From positions 1-64,000 of the IMG/VR virus record IMGVR_UViG_3300035703_000009: DNA of 64,000 nt; one strand, written 5' to 3'. The DNA comes from a virus. Both the position numbers and the translations under genes were made by a program. Below the pieces are notes generated by a model. That model did no database searches. It saw only the letters and a list, made by a program, of their open reading frames with translations, and was not told where the DNA came from. This document shows positions 54,884 to 62,264 of the stretch, piece by piece. The number at the start of each line of letters is the position of its first letter. Positions within the stretch are counted from its first letter, which is position 1.

Positions 54884-56554
54884 ATGGCACGTACTAAAAT
54901 TTTCAGACGTTCAAGTGATAAGAACTTGGCCGCAACCTGGAAGCCAGTCCTTGAGAGCTATGGTGCAAATGTTGAAAAGACACCTTGGTTAGCAGAATAT
55001 GCTCACAACCACGGAATCTTCGACAACACTACTCCATTGTTCGAACAGGCTACTGCTCCCGGTCTATTCTTCCAACAACCAGCCTCTTTAGGCGGCTATG
55101 CTGGACAGATCTCCGCACCAACTAACTCGATGACTCCGTTCTCGGGTGGTGCAAAAAATGCATACGGTAACGTAGGCGACACCGTAGGTTCTGGTGACAA
55201 ATTTCCTTCATTGCTTCCTGTAGCTATCCAAGTTGCAGCTAAGACAATTGGATTTGACCTTGTTCCAGTTATCCCAATGGATTCTCCAGTAGGATTCCTT
55301 CCTTATCTTGATTACTTGTACACAGGTGGTCGTACAGATAAAGCATTTGATCCTTACATGGTAAAAGTTGTAGGAATCAACGCGAATGACTTCCCAGCTG
55401 GTCCAGCGTATGGTGATTCAATCACTGTATCTGGTAGTGGAGCTGGCGATTTCGATCTAGAATTCGTAGGCTACTCTCGTGTTGACGGTAACTTGATCAT
55501 CAAAATAGTTGCAGATAATGGCTCAAACATCATCGCTACTTCTCTTGAAGGTAACACTTTGACGATTGGAGTTGATACTTCAGCTACAGTTGATGCTGGT
55601 GCAGTACAATTAGTTTCTGCTCTTGAAAACCACATCTCTGGTTTCACTTCAGTATCTGATGATGACTATGCAAATTCTGGAAACTTTGTTGGTCCTTACC
55701 TTCCAACTACCGGAGCAGTTCCTGGTTCAATGAAGCGTGAAGCTTCTGAGCTTTCTAAGTTCCGTCAAATGGGCTTAAGAATGTTTACCAAATTCGTTGA
55801 GGCTGAAACTGATCAAGTTGCTATCTCTGCAACTGTTGAGCAGATCCAAGACCTTAACCGCGTTTGGAACTATGACGTTATCTCAATGCTTGAGAACGTT
55901 GCAGTTAACGACATCGCTCAATCAATCAACAAGCGTCTTGTAGACCGCGTGTTCACCCTTGCTGACGTTCACTCTAATGAAATCGATCTAGTTGAAGGTA
56001 CTGGAATCACTAACCTAGACTTAACTGCAGGTTCTGGTGGTTTCGAAAACATCTCAACTTTACAACGTAGAGTTGTTACCAAGATCCTTGAACTTGCTAA
56101 CTTGATCTACCACAGAGGTCGTTTCGGAGCAGCTTCTTACCTTGTTACCACAGGTCGTGTTGCTTCTGCTCTTGCAGACGTAGCTGGTTACTCAATCGCT
56201 CAAGTTCCATCTGACATGTCAACTACTGCAGGTCAATTGTACCCAGCAGGTAAAGTGTATGGCGTTCAGGTATATGTTGATCCTAACTTAAGTTGGGGAG
56301 ATACGCGTATCGTTCTTGGACGTAAGGGTGCTGACGAAGAACCAGGTGTTAAATTCATGCCTTACATCATGGCGGAATCACTTCAAACTATCGCTGAAGG
56401 AACAATGTCTCCTAAGATCGGTATGAAGTCGCGTTACGCTATCACCGAGGCTGGATGGCATCCTGAGACTCAGTATGTTAGCATGAACCTTCAAGGTCAA
56501 GACCTTGGTGTTCTAACTGGTAGCATCGCTCCACAGCCAAGCGGCACGCTATAA
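54884..56554 (+). CDS. gp23: major capsid protein (T4 gp23-like)
   Basis: ATWKPVLESYGANVEK resembles gp23 NKWKPLLEGEGLPE. AAKTIGFDLVPVIPMDSPVG resembles IPNLIAFDICGVQPMNSPTG. C-terminal GMKSRYAI resembles GFKTRYGI. 556 aa. Confidence 0.7.
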   Translation: MARTKIFRRSSDKNLAATWKPVLESYGANVEKTPWLAEYAHNHGIFDNTTPLFEQATAPGLFFQQPASLGGYAGQISAPTNSMTPFSGGAKNAYGNVGDTVGSGDKFPSLLPVAIQVAAKTIGFDLVPVIPMDSPVGFLPYLDYLYTGGRTDKAFDPYMVKVVGINANDFPAGPAYGDSITVSGSGAGDFDLEFVGYSRVDGNLIIKIVADNGSNIIATSLEGNTLTIGVDTSATVDAGAVQLVSALENHISGFTSVSDDDYANSGNFVGPYLPTTGAVPGSMKREASELSKFRQMGLRMFTKFVEAETDQVAISATVEQIQDLNRVWNYDVISMLENVAVNDIAQSINKRLVDRVFTLADVHSNEIDLVEGTGITNLDLTAGSGGFENISTLQRRVVTKILELANLIYHRGRFGAASYLVTTGRVASALADVAGYSIAQVPSDMSTTAGQLYPAGKVYGVQVYVDPNLSWGDTRIVLGRKGADEEPGVKFMPYIMAESLQTIAEGTMSPKIGMKSRYAITEAGWHPETQYVSMNLQGQDLGVLTGSIAPQPSGTL

Positions 56555-56587
56555 GCGAACCTTTTAGCTAAACTAGCTATATCAAAA

Positions 56588-56618
56588 AAGAGGACCCGTA
56601 AGTCCTCTTTTTTTGTTT
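56588..56618 (+). terminator. rho-independent terminator after the capsid gene
   Basis: Hairpin aagaggac-ccgtaa-gtcctctt followed by tttttgtttt. Confidence 0.65.
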
Positions 56619-56624
56619 TAGCGG

Positions 56625-56640
56625 GATAAATAATAAAAAC
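56625..56640 (+). promoter_or_regulatory. T4-late-like promoter motif GATAAATAATAAAAAC
   Basis: Exact 14-mer, 11 nt upstream of the ATG at 56652. Confidence 0.55.
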
Positions 56641-56651
56641 TTACAGATCAC

Positions 56652-57020
56652 ATGGCAACTATCATGTCAACTTTTTTGGGAATACAAGCACAGTTTAAAG
56701 TGCTACACTGGCAGACCCAAACCTACTCAAAACACATGGCCTATGGAGGCATATACGAGACTCTTGACGGACTAGTCGACGAGTTCATGGAAACTTACAT
56801 GGGCAAGCATGGTCGTATCGCTCTAGAAGGAGAAAAAGACGCAATCATCCTAAGCAACATCGGCGAGATGAAAATCGAGGACTTCCTAGAAACTCTTACA
56901 GGTTTCTTATTGTCCTTTAATAATCAACTAGATAGTAGCAAGGACAGCGATCTCCTGAACCTTAGGGACGAAATGTTAGGGGCAGTCAACAAGCTAAAAT
57001 ACTTGCTCACCTTAAAATAA
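56652..57020 (+). CDS. hypothetical protein (122 aa), late-expressed
   Basis: ORF driven by the late-promoter motif. Confidence 0.5.
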   Translation: MATIMSTFLGIQAQFKVLHWQTQTYSKHMAYGGIYETLDGLVDEFMETYMGKHGRIALEGEKDAIILSNIGEMKIEDFLETLTGFLLSFNNQLDSSKDSDLLNLRDEMLGAVNKLKYLLTLK

Positions 57021-57029
57021 TAAGAAAAG

Positions 57030-57278
57030 ATGTTTGCAATACTCATACAATATGGAGCGCTTGGTGTCCTGATCCTTGGGTTGGGTGCAGCACTCTGGTA
57101 TCTACTTAAAAGGCAGATCGAAAACGAAGAAAAACTAAAGGCTAGACTCGATGCAGTCGAGCAAGACCTAGGCGATTATCTTAGAGCTGATCAGGGAAAG
57201 ATGCTGCAGGTGATTGAAAACAACACTAAGGCGCTAAAGGAACTAAGAGAAATAATCGTCAAATCCAATGAAGAATAA
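57030..57278 (+). CDS. small membrane protein with coiled coil
   Basis: N-terminal hydrophobic helix ALGVLILGLGAALWYLL. 82 aa. Confidence 0.45.
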   Translation: MFAILIQYGALGVLILGLGAALWYLLKRQIENEEKLKARLDAVEQDLGDYLRADQGKMLQVIENNTKALKELREIIVKSNEE

Positions 57279-57729
57279 AGTACTACTTCCGATCGTCTTT
57301 TTTGCGACCATTGCTGTTGCCATCGGGTACATAGCGGTCAGCGGTAAGAATCACGTAGATGCGGTCCAAGAGTCGGCTGTTCTAATTGAGCAAAGGGCTC
57401 AATTGAAAGACTCAGTCGTTAGCCTAGAATGCGTTAAGAAAGAGTCGATCAAAAAGCTAAAGGAGGCAGACTCAGTTCTCACTTCCCAAAATGAGCTGAT
57501 CACCAGCCAACAGAAAAAGATCGTCTCGCTCGACAAGGAGGCGAAGGTGGCAAAGGCCCAACCCAAGTCAGTGATGGCTATTGAGCCCAAGATAATCTAT
57601 GTGCACGACACGGTGTTCGTCACCGAAAAGAAAAACTTTTGGGGCAGGACCAAAAAGACAGTCGTCTCAGTGCAGGCCATCGACAGCGTGTTCAGCGAAG
57701 AGCAGGTCGATAGCTTAGAGACCAAATAA
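57268..57729 (+). CDS. membrane-anchored protein (153 aa)
   Basis: N-terminal TM helix VLLPIVFFATIAVAIGYIAV. Confidence 0.45.
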   Translation: MKNKVLLPIVFFATIAVAIGYIAVSGKNHVDAVQESAVLIEQRAQLKDSVVSLECVKKESIKKLKEADSVLTSQNELITSQQKKIVSLDKEAKVAKAQPKSVMAIEPKIIYVHDTVFVTEKKNFWGRTKKTVVSVQAIDSVFSEEQVDSLETK

Positions 57730-57745
57730 AATAATTAACTAGCCA

Positions 57746-59518
57746 ATGTACTCATCTGGAATCGAAATACCTAAAGTCCAATTTTCTCTGATCGCTTTTA
57801 GCCAGATCGAGCCCGGAAGCTTTTTCTTGGGCTTTGACCTGGACAATGCAGGTACGCTATCAAAAATAGACAATACTGGAACCATTACTGTGATCGAGGG
57901 AGCCGGCGGAGGCAGCTCAATTATGATTGAGGACAGTGGGTTAGGCTCAACTGTTCGTATCAATAACTGTAATTCAGCAAGCAGTTGCTCTTCAACAGTC
58001 AGTGGCGGTTATTCAAACACTGCATCGGGTAATTATGCCACAGTTAGTGGCGGTTATTCAAACACTGCATCGGGTAATTATGCCACAGTTAGTGGCGGTG
58101 AGAGCAATACCGCATCGGTTTATCATTCCACAGTTAGTGGCGGTTTTGGCAACACGACATCGGGTGGTGCTTCCACCATTGGCGGCGGGTGTAGCAACAC
58201 GGCATCGGGTTATATTTCCACAGTTAGTGGCGGTAGCCAAAATACGGCATCGGGTTATAATTCCACAGTTAGTGGCGGTATATGCAACACGTCATCGAGT
58301 AGTTCTTCCACAGTCGGCGGTGGTGCGAGCAACACGGCATCGGGTTATTGTTTTTCCACAGTCAGTGGCGGTGTGGTTAACACCGCATCGGGTGCTGCTT
58401 CCACAGTGGGTGGCGGTAGCCAAAATACGGCATCTGGTGCTGTTTCTACAGTCGGTGGCGGATGTAACAACACGGCATCGGGTTGTTCTTCCACAGTGGG
58501 TGGCGGTAGACAAAACACGGCATCGGGTTGTAATTCAACAGTCAGTGGCGGTTGCGGTAATACTATTAATGCTTTTACAACATGTTTAGGTTATAGCGTA
58601 GTTGGAAATACCATAGGCGGTGGTCAACAAAATACAATAAATTCAAATAGCGCTTATAATGCAAATGCTGGTGGTGTTACAATAGCAGGCGGTTTTAACA
58701 ATACAACATGTTCAGGTTCTTATGGGTTTAATACCATAGGTGGTGGTCGTAGCAACACGTCATCTGGTGATTATTCCACAGTAAGCGGCGGAAATGCCAA
58801 CATGGCATCGGGTTATTTTTCCACATTAAGTGGCGGTTTTAGCAACACGGCATCGAATTCTTCTTCCACAGTCGGTGGCGGTAGCCAAAATACGGCATCT
58901 GGTGCTGTTTCAACAGTCGGTGGCGGATGTAGAAACACGGCATCAGGTTATTGTTCAACAGTCGGTGGCGGTTTTTGCAATAATGCATCGGGTGCTCGCT
59001 CTACTATTGGAGGAGGGTGTCGCAACACGGCATCGTGTACTTATTCTACAGTCGGTGGCGGTAGGAGCAACACGGCATCGGGTGCTTATTCCACAGTCGG
59101 TGGCGGTTTTTGCAACACGACATCGGGTTCTATTTCCACAGTTGGTGGCGGATATTGCAACACGGCGTCGAGTAATTCTTCCACAGTGGGTGGCGGATGT
59201 TGCAACACAGCATCTGGTGCTTGTTCCACAGTAAGCGGCGGGGTTAACAACACGGTATCGGGTGGTTATTCCACAGTCGGTGGCGGATGTAGAAACACGG
59301 CATCGGGTTGTAGAAGTTTTGTTGCAGGTGGTCAATGTAATAACACAAACAGTTGCAATGACGCTATGATAGTGGGCAGCTGTATCACGGCTGATCGCGC
59401 ATGTGCTACATTTGTCAATAACCTATCAATCAAGAGCATACCTACTTCGAGCGCGGGCTTACCTAGCGGCTCAGTCTGGCGGTGCACAGCTGACAATACT
59501 TTGCGTATCATTGCATAA
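57746..59518 (+). CDS. fibre/decoration-like protein with about 30 tandem 15-aa Gly/Ser/Thr/Asn/Cys-rich repeats
   Basis: 590 aa. After a 75-aa N-terminal domain, the repeat unit is TVSGGYSNTASGNYA (consensus S/GGxxNTASGxxSTV) through residue 530. Distinct C-terminal domain. Confidence 0.6.
   Translation: MYSSGIEIPKVQFSLIAFSQIEPGSFFLGFDLDNAGTLSKIDNTGTITVIEGAGGGSSIMIEDSGLGSTVRINNCNSASSCSSTVSGGYSNTASGNYATVSGGYSNTASGNYATVSGGESNTASVYHSTVSGGFGNTTSGGASTIGGGCSNTASGYISTVSGGSQNTASGYNSTVSGGICNTSSSSSSTVGGGASNTASGYCFSTVSGGVVNTASGAASTVGGGSQNTASGAVSTVGGGCNNTASGCSSTVGGGRQNTASGCNSTVSGGCGNTINAFTTCLGYSVVGNTIGGGQQNTINSNSAYNANAGGVTIAGGFNNTTCSGSYGFNTIGGGRSNTSSGDYSTVSGGNANMASGYFSTLSGGFSNTASNSSSTVGGGSQNTASGAVSTVGGGCRNTASGYCSTVGGGFCNNASGARSTIGGGCRNTASCTYSTVGGGRSNTASGAYSTVGGGFCNTTSGSISTVGGGYCNTASSNSSTVGGGCCNTASGACSTVSGGVNNTVSGGYSTVGGGCRNTASGCRSFVAGGQCNNTNSCNDAMIVGSCITADRACATFVNNLSIKSIPTSSAGLPSGSVWRCTADNTLRIIA
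57990..59330 (+). repeat. 45-nt tandem repeat array (about 30 copies) within the fibre-like gene
   Basis: Unit acagttagtggcggttattcaaacactgcatcgggtaattatgcc and close variants. High nucleotide identity between copies. Confidence 0.8.
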
Positions 59519-59522
59519 AAAT

Positions 59523-59556
59523 AAAAAAGGAGAACTTAACGTTCTCCTTTGTATTA
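59523..59556 (+). terminator. rho-independent terminator after the fibre-like gene
   Basis: Hairpin aaggagaac-ttaac-gttctcctt followed by a T-rich tail. Confidence 0.6.
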
Positions 59557-59750
59557 TAAGGTGGGCAGCCTTTAACTTTGGAAATTAGAGATTATAAATG
59601 ATTTTTGAATTCTTACAGTTATACTCTTTGAAATCTTGAATCTTGAAGTTTGTACGGCAATATCATATCCGGCATCCTGATCAAGTATTGTTAAAACCAA
59701 ACGGTTTCGACGATAATTCTAGTTGCCTCAGTCTCCGGCTACCCTTTTCT

Positions 59751-60182
59751 TTAAATTTCTGTGGTATGATTAAACGTGTCCAGCTTTTCTTGGATAGATT
59801 CAATAGTCTGTTCCAACACCTCAACTTGTGTGTCCTTCCACTTGATGTCGAAGTGTGCTACCATTTCGATAGGTGTAGCTGAATCATAACGATTCGTTTG
59901 CTTACCCTTGTTTGTGCTGACTGATTGAATACGATTCATGTGGCTCTTTAGCTCAGACAAGGAAAAGATCTCAGATCGAACTGGAGCTGACGCCAGGTGA
60001 ATACGTGTCTTTAGACTGATTAGCTCGGAGGTCTCCTTATTGAGTTCTTCCCAAACTTTGTCCAGGTCATATGGAGTCTCAGACTCAGCTATTACTGAGT
60101 TGTACGAATAGATTTTCTGCCACAGCTTATTGATCTTAGCTGCCTTCTTGTTTTTCTCCTTTAGAGCTTGTGCGATTGTCAT
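59751..60182 (-). CDS. hypothetical protein (143 aa)
   Basis: Intact ORF downstream of the topoisomerase genes. Confidence 0.45.
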   Translation of the reverse strand: MTIAQALKEKNKKAAKINKLWQKIYSYNSVIAESETPYDLDKVWEELNKETSELISLKTRIHLASAPVRSEIFSLSELKSHMNRIQSVSTNKGKQTNRYDSATPIEMVAHFDIKWKDTQVEVLEQTIESIQEKLDTFNHTTEI

Positions 60183-60197
60183 GTTTATTGATGGTTT

Positions 60198-60482
60198 TTA
60201 GTTTTCGTTGATTTTAGTCCATTCACCGGCTGGAGGAACCACTACTTCTTCATAATTTTTCCAAACACAAGGAGTTCCCTCCTTAACGGTTTCAGCACCA
60301 GTCGGTACTGCTAATAAGATCTGGCCGGTGTCGTCCTTAGCGATTGCCAAGAAGCCGAATCCTTCGCAAATGATCTCGGTGTATTCTTCGTTGTTTAAAC
60401 CATCCGCGATTTCAAGTATATCAAAGTCGTGCGGCATTTCTGGATCGTGTAGTTCGCAATACTGCTTGGAAAAGTCTGCCAT
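60198..60482 (-). CDS. hypothetical acidic protein (94 aa)
   Basis: Intact ORF. Confidence 0.45.
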   Translation of the reverse strand: MADFSKQYCELHDPEMPHDFDILEIADGLNNEEYTEIICEGFGFLAIAKDDTGQILLAVPTGAETVKEGTPCVWKNYEEVVVPPAGEWTKINEN

Positions 60483-60580
60483 AGTTATGAGTGTTTAGCT
60501 ATTGTACTTGGTTTGGGTAAAGAGTTTAAATTTTGGCTAAAAATTATTAGAGATTACCGGTTAGGCCTGAGTCTACCGGA

Positions 60581-61942
60581 TCAATATGACTTAACTGCCA
60601 CTTTTTTAAGGTCTAGAAGGTCCTCCTTGTACATCTGGGAAGGATCCTTCTGCTTAATTGAGTCTAACTCTTTTTCTTTTTGAGCCACCTGTACGAGCAG
60701 TTCCTCGTATTTTTCCTTAGTCAAGGTATGGATCGGCATCGAGAGCAAGTATGAATAGGAACCGTCAATCTCGTCAAAGCCATTTGTTTGTAGATAAGCG
60801 ATGATGTCCTTACGTGGCACGTTATTGATCTTTAGCTTGCCATCAATGATCGATTTGATGAAGTTTGCACGGTTAGTGAGCAAGCTCAGCTCGGCTGAGA
60901 TGGTCGAGATTAGGTATGCCTTACGCTTATGATAGTAAGTCAGTCTAAACTTCACAAAGTAGTCGATGATCTCAGATGCAGAATTAAAGACTTTAAGCTC
61001 GCCGTTCTCGTCAAGCACCGTGAAATTTTCGCTCTGCTTTTCTTCCATCTTCAAGAATCGATCAAGTCGACCGCTGTCTTGTAACTGCTTAAGGTCTTCA
61101 CGACGAAACTTTAGCGTGTAGCTGATGTTTGACTTGCAGTTGTTTTCGTAACCAGCGACCCGTCGAGAGTCTTCTAAGTCGCTCAGATAGTTGTCAAACT
61201 TCTCATAAGTCATTGAAGGAGGTAGCTCAGAGATCTCGACAGTCGAGGTATTTTTTACCTCGTACTTGCCCTTAAATATCCACGACTTTTCGGTTTCTTC
61301 CACCTGAAAGCATCCACCGCTAAATCCATTGAACCATGGAGCAGGGTCCTTAAACGTTTTGCCCTCAAGCGATTTTAAGCAGGCTTCGATGAGCTCGACT
61401 GGGTTACGGTTTAGGATGTTAGTCGCAAAGCCGACTGCGATACCGCTGCCGCCATTAAGCAATATCGTTGGAATTACTGGCAAGAAGAACTTAGGTTCGA
61501 TCTCACAGCCCTCTTCCCAACGCGACTCCAGCAACTCAAAGTCCTTGTATAGAGACCTAAAGTTAGGGTGCAGTTTAGTTGAGATGTAACGTGGAGCGCC
61601 GGCTTCAGGCGAACGCAAGGAGCCGAACTGGCCGATTGCATCAAGCACTGGCATCGAGTTCTTAAAGGACTGGGCCATGCCGACTATCGCGCCGTTGAGC
61701 GAGCCGTCACCGTGATGGTAGTGAGCATCACTCGCGACTTTACCGGCCAACTGAAAGATCTTTAACGGTTTTTCGCTGCCGCTTTTCCAGACCCTATCGG
61801 CCACAAAGATGACCTTACGTTGAGTTGGCTTGAATCCATCGATCACTGATGGAATGGCGCGTTCTTCGACCACATAGATCGCATATTCTCGATAGTCTTG
61901 ATCGAGATATTGGGTGACTGTTTTTATTTCAGGCTTTTGCAT
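60581..61942 (-). CDS. gp52: DNA topoisomerase II medium subunit (T4 gp52-like, GyrA/ParC-like)
   Basis: YREYAIYVVEERAIPSVIDGFKPTQRKVIF matches the GyrA-type N-terminal signature (RALPDVRDGLKPVQRR). Size (453 aa) matches gp52. Confidence 0.8.
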   Translation of the reverse strand: MQKPEIKTVTQYLDQDYREYAIYVVEERAIPSVIDGFKPTQRKVIFVADRVWKSGSEKPLKIFQLAGKVASDAHYHHGDGSLNGAIVGMAQSFKNSMPVLDAIGQFGSLRSPEAGAPRYISTKLHPNFRSLYKDFELLESRWEEGCEIEPKFFLPVIPTILLNGGSGIAVGFATNILNRNPVELIEACLKSLEGKTFKDPAPWFNGFSGGCFQVEETEKSWIFKGKYEVKNTSTVEISELPPSMTYEKFDNYLSDLEDSRRVAGYENNCKSNISYTLKFRREDLKQLQDSGRLDRFLKMEEKQSENFTVLDENGELKVFNSASEIIDYFVKFRLTYYHKRKAYLISTISAELSLLTNRANFIKSIIDGKLKINNVPRKDIIAYLQTNGFDEIDGSYSYLLSMPIHTLTKEKYEELLVQVAQKEKELDSIKQKDPSQMYKEDLLDLKKVAVKSY

Positions 61943-62264
61943 CAGTTATAGGTACTTTAAAATAGTTATTTTTTACTAGATACTCATAAAGACCCTTAAG
62001 GTCTTCACAGATCGGAGTTTCGTCGTCGTGTGCAGTAAGATCAGCACGACCGACACCATCACCAACATAATCCTTTTCGTACATGAACCACATGAACCAA
62101 TCGAACCCATGGTCAGTTAATATACACGACCATAATTTGTGAACCAGATCGGCATATTGCTCGGTAAAATCATATAACTTGATGCCGAGTTGAAGTGCAG
62201 AATCTGTCCTTTCTGTTTGTTTTACCATGAGATCGGTAAGTTCTTTGAAGTGAGTAAACGTCAT
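61929..62264 (-). CDS. hypothetical protein (111 aa) between topoisomerase subunit genes
   Basis: ATGA-type overlaps on both sides. No recognisable motif. Confidence 0.45.
   Translation of the reverse strand: MTFTHFKELTDLMVKQTERTDSALQLGIKLYDFTEQYADLVHKLWSCILTDHGFDWFMWFMYEKDYVGDGVGRADLTAHDDETPICEDLKGLYEYLVKNNYFKVPITDAKA

Noticed and set aside
58002-59335. ORFs 58002..58589(+), 58058..58240(-), 58292..58513(-), 58830..59234(+), 58955..59335(-) inside the 45-nt repeat array
   Set aside because: The repeat keeps every frame free of stop codons. These ORFs are out of frame with or antisense to the 590-aa fibre gene. Their products are His/Arg/Cys-rich low-complexity mirror images of the repeat.
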